Part shown: piece after piece, positions 13,021 through 26,110 of the stretch
Numbering within the stretch: position 1 is the first letter of the stretch
How the letters are laid out: the number at the start of each line of letters is the position of its first letter
Origin: Vermamoeba vermiformis
Taxonomy: Eukaryota
Length of the DNA stretch: 64,000 nt
Direction: 5' to 3'
Assembly (NCBI GenBank): GCA_045837725.1
Contig: JBEWZL010000239.1
Location: 62,001-126,000, forward strand
Position numbers and translations under genes: made by a program
Notes under the pieces: generated by a model
Seen by the model: only the letters and a program-made list of their open reading frames with translations
What the model was told of the DNA's origin: nothing
The model's database searches: none

Positions 13021-13329
13021 AAAGCAACAAAAGCGCGAGTTAATAATACCAAATGTAATCAATAGTAAATAAAATCTGTGTATAGTTCATTTACAATTTA
13101 AAAACGCCTAACGCTAGATCCTGCTTTGATAGTTATTCCTGGTCGTACGACTAGATGTTTGTAAATTGCTGTGTGTTTCTACTAAAACCATTTATATTAC
13201 ATTGTAATAAGTCTCGATATGGAGAGTACCGGATTTTTTCCGATCGTAGAAATAAAGCTGATAACGTTTTGGCAATTTAACCGGGGTAAAATTATTGTCC
13301 TGAATTGTATCGAACTATACTACTACATA

Positions 13330-16300
13330 ATGGCTGACTTAGAGACCTACTTCAAAGAGACGCCGTTTTGGATTGTGCAGCAGATCAAGGTAGAATTTTA
13401 TCTACATTGCTGTAATAATTCAAATAATTCTAATCGTATTATATTAGACGTTTACTAAATGGATCAATATCCATTTGAAGTCGAGACTGCTCGCAGCTCA
13501 AGATCTACGATACGATTTTGCAGATGGAGTACTTCTCTGCGAGCTGTTGGAGATTCTTAGTGATAAAAATATGTCTATTAAGTACACCAAGAATCCCAAG
13601 CTTCGAATTCTCAAAATACAGAACGTGGCGTTGGCGCTCAGTTTTTTGAAAAGAGAAGGACTCAAAGAAATTGCAGCTGCTGAAGGTATGGAAATATAAT
13701 GAAATATGGCCATAATATATTATATTCTTTTTTTTTCGCGCATTATGGATTTTTTTGGGATTTAATTCAACAAAGATTTTCTCGGATGCGGAACAGATCT
13801 CCCTTTACTCTCTCAATTTCTGATTAATTACTGGAGCGTATTACTAAATACAATATTTGAAAGCGGCATTAATGCCAAGATACGCATTTTTATTTAATGA
13901 ATCAGAAGTTCATGTACTTTTGTCTCACAATCTTTTCGATTCGTTACATTAATTCGAGAACGCATTAAACAAACATTAACTATGATTATTATAGACATTA
14001 TCGAAGGCAATATGAAGATGACACTCGGCTTGATCTGGCAATTAATTTTGCATTATCACGTACGGGCTTCAATGGCCACTGGTAAATCTGATGGAAGTGA
14101 TGCTGTTCCTGACTCACCACGTGGACTGCGCGAAGAATTGCTTTCGTGGGTCAGAAACGAACTGGCTACCATTAAATTACCCATTGAAAATTTTGGATCG
14201 AGGTAAGTACTTAAATCCATAAGTGGATAAATTTATCCACTTGCTTGTCATTATATTTAATAGCATTACATATGTACTCGTGCACTCTACTGTTGAATAA
14301 TTTTGTATTTAATATTTTCGTTTTTATGTAGCTGGGCTGGTGGTCAATTATTTTGCCACTTAGTCGAGAAATACCTCCCAGACAAGTTCAATTATTCATC
14401 GCTCGACAAGTCCAACACACTCGTCAACTTGAAACTTGCATTTGATATCGCTGAACGAGAGCTCGGCATTCCAAAGTTACTGGTACGCGTTGGTTCTCGG
14501 ATCCATGTTTAGTCTTTATAATAATTAATTATTATATCCATTATTAGGAAGCAGAAGATATGCTCCGTGACACGCCCGATGAAAATTCGGTGATGACGTA
14601 CATTTCATTCTTTCCAACTTACGTCAACACATTCAAACGAAAACAAGCTGAAGAGCAACAGTACGTTAATGACAATAGTAACTCACTATATTATAGGTGT
14701 CTTATCATATGATAAATAGGAAAATGGAAAGTGAGCAGCTGTTGCGCCAACAAAGTCAACAAGTGATCACCAAGCTCGAGATGTCAGTCGATGAATTGAA
14801 AGCAGAGTTAGACCGTGAACGAAACGCGAGAAAATTGGCCGAGCAAGAGAACGTCAAAATGAAGGCGAAGATGGATCAGATGGCCAACGACAACTTCAAG
14901 ATGAGTCAAGAACTCAGCGGTACGTACATTCACTGAAATTTCTGTTTCACTGAATGAATTGTTCATGAACGAACAACACCGTACTCACATTGACTCCTTG
15001 CAGCACTGCGTAAACAGCTTGAGGCCCTGAAAGCAGGTGGCTCATTAACGAGCAGCACTGACACGTCCAATAGTCGTCCTAGTTCAGCTAGTTTTGCAGC
15101 ACCAACACCCAATTCGCCCAAGATTGGCAACAACAGACGATCACGTGCTATGGGCAGTGGTTTGAGCGAGCACAGACGAAAACGACCTTTCTCCATTATG
15201 GAAGGTCCTCTTGCTGGTACGTTCCTTTGTAGATCATTGCCTAATTAGGAAAGTGCTTAATATCGTAAACAGGTGATGCCTTGCAAGCAATCAAAACATT
15301 TATTTCGGAGTTAGAAGTGAAGAACGACAATGAGTTGAAAGAGCTGGCCGAAGAATTGCAAGAACAGATCAAAGCGCTGAAAGAGAACTGCGCTGATCTG
15401 ACCAATCAGGTCTCAGCATTGAACGAACAAATCGACGACTTGGAACGTACTGGCGACTCACCTTCCGAGGCTGAAGAATTGAAAAAAGAAGTTGAAGAGT
15501 TTAGAACACTATATAAGGAGGAAAAGAAGCGACTAGAGAAGGTCTTGGCGATGGAAACTGGTTTGAAAAAAGAACAGCGATCTCGCGCCAGATTTTCCAG
15601 GCGAATGTTGGCTGATGAAATGGAGGGATTGAAGGAACAATTAGAGGCTCAGACTAGTACTACCACTAATAAGCGACGTCTGCAGCGTACTAAGAGCATT
15701 GATTTGAATAGCCTAAGCAACAGAATTAATGTAAGTTTCAATCAAGATCTCGTTCAGATGCGATCCGTAACCGATTGAAACGAACATCTTTTTTTTCCCT
15801 TATAATCGCAATATTAATGCTTGTTATATTTATAGATGGAATTGACGAAGCGAAGAGATACAAGAGCTGAATTGACTGATGAAATTTTGCAACTTCAAAA
15901 GTCGTTACAGTTTGAAAGTGACGCGAGAAAAGACGCCATGAAGTCAAAGTATGTATCACTTACTCTTATATAAGCATAATAGGGCATTACTAACCTGCGA
16001 AATAGGAACGAAATGAAGATCCGCTTGGCAGAACTTGAAAAGATGTTGGAGACTGAAAAAGAAGCCCGTAACGAACTTGAATCGATGAAAGCTAACTTGG
16101 AAGGCTTATTGAACGCTAACAACAATCCTAGTACGTTTTTAGAGGAATTTGAAACTAGATCTGACCTTGTTTTTTAGCTGAGTCTGATCTGCCCGAAGCA
16201 CTCAATTTAGCCAAAGAATTCGAGGCGCTGAAAGAGACTCTCGACGCCGAGTCAATTGAAAAGGACAAATTGAAGCAAGAGAAGCTCAATCTTGAGGACC

Positions 16301-17053
16301 AATTGAACAAGATGGCGCAGCTCGCGAACGACGAAATTTCAGCACGAGCACGGTTAGAAATTGAATACGACCAGTTGAAGGCTCAATTGCAAGCTCTGCG
16401 CGAACAGCAATCGAATAATCACGGTAGCAACTCGCCGCACGAGAGCTCTATGGCCAAACTTGAACAAAAGGTACAGACTATAATAAGTACTAATGTCATT
16501 ATAGATGTAGTGAATCCGGATCCAGATCTGATTTTAGAAAAAATGATTTGCTAATGCCTGTTTTTTGTAGTCACAATTCACCGATGTTGAAAGCATTATC
16601 TCCGACGACGAGTCCGTGGAATCAGAGCGCAAGAACTTGACAGTCGACGAGCTCTTGTCGCAGCTCATGGTCGACATTAAACTCTCGCAACAAATGAAGA
16701 AGATTGATGACGGCATTTATCAAATTGGGGCTAAGAAAGTCAAGCTTGTAATTATCTCTGGCTGTTTGGTCGTGCGTGTCGGGTAAGTCAAAGATCTGCC
16801 AAAAAAATATTCGGTTTTTTAACCTTAGTTTACCAGTGGTGGTTTCATGCCGTTCCGCGATTGGTTAGTCAAGTACGGCAAACAAAACAACATCTTAGTC
16901 AAGCCACCGACAACCACTACAACTACCAGCCGTGTAGGTGTGTCAGTACGAACAGGTAAATAAGATACATCGCTCTTTTATGACCGGATCCAAACATTTT
17001 CTAACTTTTTTTTTTTCGCAGCTGGCAAAACAGTAGTCAAGGCAAAGAAGTAA
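13330..17053 (+). CDS. Tandem calponin-homology actin-binding domain, long coiled coil and C-terminal GAR (GAS2-related) domain
   Basis: CH1 WIVQQIK|TFTKWINIHL...DLRYDFADGVLLCELLEILS...IIEGNMKMTLGLIWQLIL; CH2 LLSWVRN...NLKLAFDIAERELGIPKLL...PDENSVMTYIS. Heptad-rich middle. C-terminal GIYQIGAKK..ISGCLVVRVG|GGFMPFRDWL resembles the GAR motif MVRVGGGW. Confidence 0.82.
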
Positions 17054-17184
17054 TATTAAGTTAGGTCTTGTTGCTAATAATAAAAATTGTACTATTATCA
17101 CTGTAAGACAGGTTAACATTACATTTAATACATTAATTAACTTTTGGTCATAGTTTAGCCGATGCTCCCTTCTTTCTCTTCTTT

Positions 17185-20124
17185 TTACAAAACATTAGTG
17201 ATATTTTTTACCGCGTTCCTTGGCTTCGATGCGGCGCCATTGAACGTCTTCTGTTCTTTTCTCTTTTGAACCCCGCCAAAGTAACTTTCGATCACGTGAG
17301 TCTTGGGTACTGTTCGGTGTTTCTTATTAATAATGATAGATTTCCACGTTTGGTCTCCGAAAAATGCCTTGTATTTCGGATCCCTCAACAGCACATTACA
17401 CGTGGGTCGTTTCTCCGGATCTTCATTCAACAAATCACGAATCATCACTTTAAAGGTCTCAAACTGTTCAATAGTCAAGCAAGGCTCGGTGCTTTCTTCC
17501 TCGAGTGCCGGATGTGATCGCCATAATTCTTTGAATGATGGTTGCGAATTGACGTACCTAGGTAATTAAATACTACGTCAGTATTCGTTCAATATTAATA
17601 AATACTTCGTACTCTTCAAAGACTTCCAACAGTACTTTGCCAGTGTCGATCTCGTTCTCATCCGAAAAGTCAGGTCTGTAAGATGCGAGGATTCTTTCCA
17701 ATGACCGCTGGAAGAACTAACCAAAGGCCATAAGTACATTATTATAACACTATGAGGCGGTACTTTACCCATTCAATTAGCCAAATACCGACGCTGTACA
17801 TTTCAGATTTGTACGTGAATTCGCCGCCAAGGATTTGTTCTGGAGCGCGATGACCACTCGTGCCAAAGCTGAACCAATCTGAATAGAATTTTAGTTATTT
17901 AGAATGTACAATAGGAAAGAATTATTCGTACGTTCGCCGTCAGAGACAAGATGCGTGCACTCGAAGTCGAAGATAAACGGCCCACGTTCCAACGAGTACA
18001 TTGTGTTGTCGTATTTGACGTCGCCATGGACAAGCCCTCTTTTGTGCATATAACGCAATGTCTAATTATATGAATTAAAATTATTTGAATCGCTTCAAAA
18101 GTTGGTCTTACCGCTACAATTCCTCGCACAGATGCGACAAAGTTGAGCAACGCACCAGACTTTGAGTGATATAAACGATCAAATATCATCACTTGGTATC
18201 GATTATTGTCTACGGATGCCCATTCTATTGGCTGTAGAACGGTTTTTAACGGCAGCAAACCGATGACATCAATTTCGTACGGTAGATCTCGTCCTTCAGA
18301 GTAGCACCACTGAAAATAATATGCTTAGTAATACATAATGAAAGGCATATTGTCACTTACTTTTGCAATAAACTCTCCTTCAGACTCGAGTGATGTAATG
18401 TAATAAATGTTTCGTGATCTGCTGTTAATATTATAGTCGAGCAGTTTGGCGTTATCAGGATACAAATGTGTAAAGTCTTTGTTGCTTATATCATCATTGT
18501 ATATCTTTTCCTTGTTCTCCTCGTGTGCTGAACCTTTAACTTCAGCTACATCCGCACTTGCAGGTTGGTCATTGAATTCCTGAGCCGAAATCTCATTTTT
18601 AGGAGTCAAATCTGCTGGGATGCTATGTTTTTTGCTTTTTCCTTCTTTTGTTTTGGTTTCAACAGCGCTGAATCCGTCTTTCAGGGCCAAAAATAATGCC
18701 GCCAATGTTTTAAGCAGCTTTGAAAAACCACCAAACGAGTATTTGAAGGTCGTATATTCTTTTTCATCTTCTAGTATCCAAAATATATTGTACTTTGGAA
18801 TTGTGACAACTTGGTTTCCATCATCGACACTGATCTGCAAACTTTCGACCTCGGCTCTGAAAAGCGTTGATTTGTTGCCGTCATTCAACACACCATATTT
18901 CGATACGCCGTCATATCTTGTGTCTTGGCAGATACCATGCAAGAGTTCTAATAGTTTGACGGTGTTCTTGTGCCCTACTCCGCTGTGATGTAGTGGATCA
19001 TCTTTGCCAACCAATAAGACCACGTCTTTATCGTTAATTTTCTTTGAAACCTGAAAATCTGGCTTGATCTTGTCTTTTTCTTCCTCACGCACAGTTTGAC
19101 GGTTACTAATTTTATCGAGTGAGAAAACGTGCCTTAAACCACCGCAGTGTATTAAGACTTACGATCGTGTGTCAAAAGCTTTCAACATCAGTTCATCTAT
19201 CAATGAATAGAGGTCTTTGCACCAATCAAGTTCTCCCCAGGTTTTATGATTGGCAAGTTCGTAATTCTCAATTTTGCTCCAAACAGCAAAGATGAATTGA
19301 CTGAATTTCGGTGGCAGGTACTTTGAAACAGGCTGCAAGCAGTGAAAATATGATGGCTATTAATATCGGTTTGAACTTACCTTAATTTTTTTCAGCACGT
19401 GGTGCGCTAAATCGTCAAACGCATCTGGATCTTTGTTACGGTCGGCAAACTGATAACGATGAAAACGGTTACTAAACAAGCCAATAATATTTTGGCGATC
19501 ATAACCTGTTGCAAGTCATCCAAGAAATTAATAGCTTTGGTAGGCAAATACCGCGTAATGAAGTCTTCTAATTTTTCGGTGAGTGGATAGATATTCCAAC
19601 GAATAAAATGTCTGGCTGTATCTGTAAACCTTAGTCTATTTTCACCAGGTAGGAGCCTATAAGAAGCGGTTAAAATAGTTATGGTTGGCGAAATCTCGGA
19701 TCTCGTACTGATTGTGTGGCGGTCCCAATGGCGATACAATAACACTGGCCCAGTGATCTTCATCTAGAGCTTCTTTTATGATAGCGTTTCGTTGCGCGAC
19801 TAGTGCTCGAAGTAGCGGCGCTTGAAGATCCACATCCAAAGGAAACCCACCTACATTTTTGGTCTCAATTTAAAATAATGCTCATAACATTAACTTACAG
19901 GTTAATTCGTTTGGCTCTTGTTTTTTTTCGGTAGTCCGCGCACGGATTGGATTTAAACCGGTGGAAGTTTTTGCCTTCTTTGTTTTTACTGTTGTATCGC
20001 TTGGTAATGGTGCATCGTCTTCGTATGTTGACTCGGTACGCTTTCTTTTCCTCTTGGTAGACGCAGTAGATCCAGATTTAGGTTTGCGCTGCGGACCCTC
20101 TTTGTTGGGGTTACTTTTATCCAT
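17185..20124 (-). CDS. Protein kinase with an upstream degenerate restriction-endonuclease-like domain (Crinkler-like effector architecture), multi-exon
   Basis: Basic N-terminus (KRKRKR). Middle exon has KPDFQV...LLVGKD...YGVLNDGNKSTLF. Spliced kinase motifs FIAKV, YMHKRGLVHGDVKYDN, FIFDFE, GTSGHRAPE and DLLNEDPEKRPT. The 3' end may extend to ~17148 through a short intron. Confidence 0.7.
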
Positions 20125-20289
20125 ATTCGGAAATCATTGTTTGAATTTATAATAGTATGTGGTCTTCAGGTTAAACATGGAGTATTCTACTAAATAAAAC
20201 GGAAGAAACTTCGTTACAAATTTTTTTTGGCGGGATGTAGCAAATTTACCAAAAAAGGATCAGGAAGGATGTTCGTGGTACGGAATTGT

Positions 20290-22235
20290 TTAATCCTTAT
20301 CGTTCCAATTTGTAACTACAGGCCAACCTACAATACTTTCAATATTATTACTATTATTCACAGCGTATTTTTTCTCCAGCCAATCAAATATTCCCGGAAT
20401 GGTCTTAATCGTGTTAAATTCTTTCTTTTCGACTCGCGTGTGTTGTCTGAACAGCATGAACATTAAGTGTTGGTGAATGAAGTGTGTAGTCACGCCGTAG
20501 CCCATCGCAATGTCAATCCAATCGTCAATGCACTCTTTAGGCGCGACTTTGTAGCCTTTAAATAGCGCTGGATTTAACAAGATGCCTCGTGCCGCCATAA
20601 TACCTAACGTACACGTTAGAAAAATATTTCGACTGGACACTTTGACACGTGTCAAACATCGACCATAAGCAATAACTATGATTGACATTGCGATAAAATG
20701 AGTGTTATTGCCGGCTATGAACACGTACCATCCACGCCAGTCTTTTCTTTCCACACGTGTGCGTCATTCAATTCGAAACATTGACCGTTAGCGAACACTG
20801 GCACCGTGACACTTTCTTTGACCTACGTTCATGAACACAGATGTTATTTACTGAATAAATGCGATTTAATGGTAACTCAGTACGTACTAACTTGACAACA
20901 TCATAATTAACAGGTGATGAGCTGCGTTCTTGAGGTGTTCGTCCGTGCACTGTGATCCACTCCACGCCGACTTTTTCCGCGCGTTGAACCAATTCGATTG
21001 TCTTCCTATGCGTGCATATACAATTAGCATCGATATTTCTCCAAACAAAGTAGCAAAATAATGTTAAAAAACAGATCCGTAGCAAAAAAAATTGGATCCG
21101 TTTAAATTTGTTGAGAGTATCGACTATATCGAGCAATAAATATAGTATCGCACTGACTGGTAGTCTATGAATGAGTCATACCTGACGTCTTTACTGTTGT
21201 ATCGGATCTTGATCGAGCAGGGCAAGTTGGTCGCTTCTTTAGCCATGTGCACCATGTCCTTGATGAGCTCAGGCTTCTCTAACATCGCTGAGCCGTAGCC
21301 TTCTTTCATCACCCACCGCTGCGGACAGCCGCAGTTGATGTCAATGCCGTCGCAGTGTCTGGCAATAACACAGGGTTAGTGCTCAGTGACACGTGTCAAA
21401 CACGAACTGTAATCGCAATTTAACGCAAAAGATGATATTGTTTGGTGATTTCCAAATATGTTAATCGAATCACGTGATTGATGCACAATAAACGTTCAGT
21501 TTTTTACCCGACAACAAATTCAGCTGCTTTGGCTAACGTCGCTGGTGTCTTCGCTATGATGAAATGAAATCTCGCGTTAGAAAATTGGTGCAATGATTAG
21601 CGGACCAATGAAAGCAATTCGAACGATCGTGCAGTGGTCATCAACAAGGTAATTTCATTACATACCAGCAAACTGTACAATCAACGGTCTGTCATCTAAA
21701 TACGAATATTATTATCGCTATAATTATCATCTAGGGTCTATTAATAATGGCGTAGTATTCTCGCACCGTACGTACATTTGTTGGTGCTAAATTCTGATTT
21801 ACGAGCTTCAGAACTGAGTACAAAGTCCTCGGCAATAATCATCGCGGAAAATGCCACGTCGCAGCCCCATCTAATATTAAATATTAATACGGCTTATAGT
21901 GCGATCGTAAACTGGAAAATGAACGGTGATCGCTGTTGGATCAGGCCAAAATTATTCATTTGCTTACCTTCGACAAAGCATTCTAAATGGCAACCTAAAA
22001 ATTAATATAAAAATCGTTAATGAGTGTAGAAAATTATTTTTAATTAAATAACGAATTTTTGTATTTTTCTCAGATCCACACCGAAGGATGAGCCAACAAT
22101 TACATACTTGCTATATCGAACCATAGGTGCAGCTATAGTAACAAATTTTCCAGCCTTCACCATCTCCACTGGCGTTTGATATACGAACGGCTGGCCATCA
22201 TCCGCTTTGTTGTGAAGCCAATCTGTTTTCTCCAT
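20290..22235 (-). CDS. DUS4: tRNA-dihydrouridine synthase, DUS4-like (multi-exon)
   Basis: AAPMVRYSK|LPFR, DRPLIVQFA, DGIDINCGCPQRW..KEGYGSAML, LPCSIKIR, WITVHGRT and GIMAARGILLNPALF. Confidence 0.9.
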
Positions 22236-22500
22236 CGTGTTATGCTGTCAAATATATAATATACAATTTAAATAATATTTTACAAGGTAGAATAGATGCA
22301 CGTGTGGTTGTCTATCGAACCGAAAGGTAGATTTAGTTTTTGCCTGCAGAACAAGTTGAACTTTTGAAGAAAACAAGGATTTATTATATTACATTAGGAA
22401 TGGGTAGAATATTAACACGGCTCGTAGATTCAAATTAAGAAATCTAAAGCGCAAAAAGAAACAAAATTATCAAATCTACCTCGATGTGAAGTCAATAAGC

Positions 22501-22953
22501 TTATTTGGAGTGATTGACGATGGTAGAGGTACCAGTAGATCCAAAACCTCCGCTACCACGAGCAGTAGCATCGAGGTCCTCAACTTCTTGCACTGGAGGC
22601 GTAGTGATCTTCTCGATGAGCAGCTGAGCAATGCGATCGTGTTGATTGATGACGAAATCAGTGTCGCTGTGGTTGAATAATAATACCATAACATTGCCAC
22701 GATAATCCTCGTCAATAACACCAGCGCCAACGTCGATGCCGTTCTTTACAGCCAAACCGGATCTAGGAGCCACGCGACCGTAGGTACCAGTAGGCAATGC
22801 CATAGCAATATCAGTAGGTACTACTGCACGACCTCTAGCAGGGATAGTGGCGGGACCAGCAGCAAACAAGTCGTATCCAGCAGCATGCGTTGATGCACGA
22901 ACAGGAGGCTTGGCGTTAGCAGAGAGCTTCTTGATTAAAAGAACTTCGGCCAT
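22501..22953 (-). CDS. DUT: Trimeric dUTP diphosphatase, intronless
   Basis: All five motifs are present: [40 protein letters not shown]. Likely start is [10 protein letters not shown] at 22953. Confidence 0.96.
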   Translation of the reverse strand: MAEVLLIKKLSANAKPPVRASTHAAGYDLFAAGPATIPARGRAVVPTDIAMALPTGTYGRVAPRSGLAVKNGIDVGAGVIDEDYRGNVMVLLFNHSDTDFVINQHDRIAQLLIEKITTPPVQEVEDLDATARGSGGFGSTGTSTIVNHSK

Positions 22954-23057
22954 TTTAGATTTTAATTTAACAGTAGTGTGAAGTGTTCTCTTCTGAATTA
23001 AACAAAAGACTGACCGCATTTGTGTTTAGCAACGGTTTTTTTGAAACTAAATTAAAG

Positions 23058-23069
23058 TTTGCGCGGGAA
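23058..23069. promoter_or_regulatory. Putative E2F-type site in the divergent dUTPase/REP promoter
   Basis: TTTGCGCGGGAA (reverse TTCCCGCGCAAA), a GC island in AT-rich DNA ~105 bp upstream of the dUTPase ATG. Confidence 0.35.
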
Positions 23070-23266
23070 CCACCCTTTTGTTTTAAAACTACTGAAAATC
23101 TTTAGATACGATAGATAGGCAATATGACAGTTCGGTAAACTATTCGTCTTCAGTTTTCAAATAAAAATTACAATTCGGTTTCTAGCGAAAAATGTCAAAG
23201 ATTAATTTAAACCGATTGAAGTACCTCAAGAAGTCGAGAAGATATTTTATATAGCACATTGTAAAT

Positions 23267-25855
23267 ATGGAGCGTAATCCTAACTGGCTTGATGTCGATG
23301 ACTTCGATGTAATCATTCTTGGCACAGGATTTGCTGAATCTGTGTTGTCTGGGTAAGGAAAATTCTAATTTATTTAAAACACTCATGTCATGCAATATAT
23401 TTAAATGTATACCACTATTAAAGTGATGATAAGTGATATCGTTATTTTTCAAATAATATTTTTATTATTTCGAAATTGCAAACAATTCAAAATGCCCTCA
23501 TACTCCCTCTATATACATACGTATTAATAAACAATATAAATAGTGCATTTTCGCGAATCGGCAAACGTGTGTTGCATTTGGATCGAGCCGAATTTTACGG
23601 AGGAAATTACGCGACGCTTTCATTCGATCAAATCAATAGCTTCATCAAATCAACCAATATTCAAGGTAATAATATTATTACTATAGTAATCCGTTTGAGT
23701 AGGTCGATTTTAATTGAAAATTTGGATCTTCAGAAGCTACTTCTTTCGGAGACTTTTCTGTCGAATCTTTATTTGAAATATTACTATAGCTTATTAATTA
23801 TGCTATATAGACACGGGCGCAGTAGGAGAGAAGCAATGTGAGAGCGAAATTAAGCTGTCAAGCGGATCCAGCCCGTTCAAAAACAAGCAGATCGTCGTAC
23901 CTCACAAAGTACGTAACATTGTTTGCAACTATTTACCAAATTTCCTAATATAGTAATGATTTCATATTGTAGGAGGCAGAGCAATCAGAATCAGAAGAAG
24001 TATTTCCTAAAAAGGACAGTCGTCGCTTCAATTTAGATCTGACGCCCAAGTTGATGTGGAGCAACAGTCCCAATGTCGACTTGTTGATTCGTTCAGGTGT
24101 CGCGCGCTACTTGGAGTTCAGATGTTTGGAGCACACTTATTTGTATCAGAACAATACCTTGCAGCTCGTAAGTACCCCCGTACAATTACAACGCTTAATC
24201 CTTTTGAAATCTATTACCATATTTGGAAATGTAAAAAACTATAACAAGACAATAGGAAAGTATATTATGTTAATTAGGGTGAATTTGGATCCGGTTCTCA
24301 GGGCTTATAGATCCGTTTTTTGTATGACTCTTGGTTGTATCCTGGTACTAATGTGCTATACCATGATAGGTCCCGTGCTCTAAGAGCGATATCTTCTCGA
24401 ACAAATCAATTTCATTGCTCGACAAACGCACCTTAATGAAGTTTATCACGCAAATGACCACACCTGAAGAACTCGAGAAAATTCGTGCCGAGCACAGCAC
24501 TGAGCCATTTGAACAGTTTTTGACCTCGCGACTTTCAGTGAACTTACGCGCCTTCGTTTTGTACGCTATTTCGATGATTGGATCTGACCAAAGTGTCGAA
24601 GGTAAGGACAAATTTTCTACAGCGGATTATTTCCTTTTTTTGGCAATACTAATGGTACTGTATTGTAGCCAACAGGATCACAGTGGCTGAAGGCATTGAA
24701 CGGTTCCAGCGATATCTTGGCTCGTTGGGCCGTTACGGCAACACACCGTTCTTGTACTCACTCAACGGCACTTCAGAGCTCTGTCAGGCCTATTGTCGGT
24801 GAGTACTACCCGTTGAATATTATCACGTGGACTAACGGAGTCGCTGTAGATTGTCAGCGGTGTACGGTGGTTTGTTCGTGTTGCGCAGAACAGCTGCAAA
24901 GTTAATGCTCGAGACCGATGGTGACAAACAAAAAATCAAGTCGATTATTTGCACGGAAGGACAAGAACTCAAAACCAAGCACGTGATCGCGAACTTGGAT
25001 CACGCGTGCAACTTCATTGGACCGCAGGGCAAAAAGTAAGCGTTTGAAAAGTGAAGCTTTGCAAGTATTTTTCTGACGATGTTTTTGTCGTAGAACGCGT
25101 GGTACAGCAATTTGCATCACGAATAAATCATTGACAGGTGACACTTTGACACTTGGTGTCATCCCGCCCAACACTTTCAACAACAGTCACGTGATTTACA
25201 TTACACAGACCGAAGAGTCCGCGTACACTGCCCCGCACGGCAAATGTAAGTACCACCTGTGAAATTAATGCAAAGTAATCACGTGGTCGGCTACAATGAC
25301 TTGTTGTGATTGGACCAATCAGATATGAATTTTGTGCTAACATTACAATGCGTAGATGTGGTGCATCTGTTCGGCGAAGACATTGAACAGGCACGCGAGG
25401 CTTTGGAGCCAGTGGTGCACAGTTTATTCAAATTGAGCGATGAGCCTGACAGTAAGCAGACATTATTATCGTCATTACTATATATAGTATGCCTAATCAT
25501 ATGATCGGTATCAATAGACGACAAGCCCTTGCTGTTGTGGTCCGCGTACTTCAACCAAGAAATCAGATCTGTTGCTGACAGCGACAAGCCAGTCAATATG
25601 CACATCATTGCTGACCCCGACTTTGAATTGGACTTTGAACAGTCGTTGAAACAAGTGGAGGCGCTGTTCAAAGAGATTTGCCCTGGCGAGGAGTTCATTC
25701 CGACCGTGCCACATCCAGAGGACATTATTTGGGTATGTTAATTTGTCACACGTATACTATTATTATATATGTATTGGGGATGACGCTCTAATTGCTAAAT
25801 TTAGACTGAAGAGACTGAAGGTGAAGAAGAGAACAAAGCAGATCCGCTGCAATAG
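23267..25855 (+). CDS. CHM: Rab escort protein (Rab GGTase component A, GDI/CHM family), multi-exon
   Basis: FDVIILGTGFAESVLSG|AFSRIGKRVLHLDRAEFYGG, RRFNLDLTPKL, LIRSGVARYLEFR, VPCSKSDIF, SLGRYGNTPFLYSLNGTSELCQAYCR and EFIPTVPHPEDII. Confidence 0.9.
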
Positions 25856-26110
25856 AGCGGATGCATTATGTTTAACACGGATGCGAGTCAACATGCAAAA
25901 AGGTACAAAAAGATAAATAACAACTTATCGTACTAAAGGGCCCTGGTGATTGACACGGAGGTATAGTACTTTGAAAATAGATCCGCCTCGCAACACATTA
26001 GAGGCGACAATCTTGTGTGACACGTGTCAAGTGAGCTTTTTAATTTCAGGAGGTGCTAATTTTAATTTCGCATCAAATCATGATAGATTAAGCACCTAAT
26101 AGAGGCTACC

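Noticed and set aside
14221-14242. Resemblance to inverted bacterial DnaA boxes (TTATCCAC)
   Set aside because: The context is a eukaryotic intron and the match is imperfect; kept only as a palindrome.
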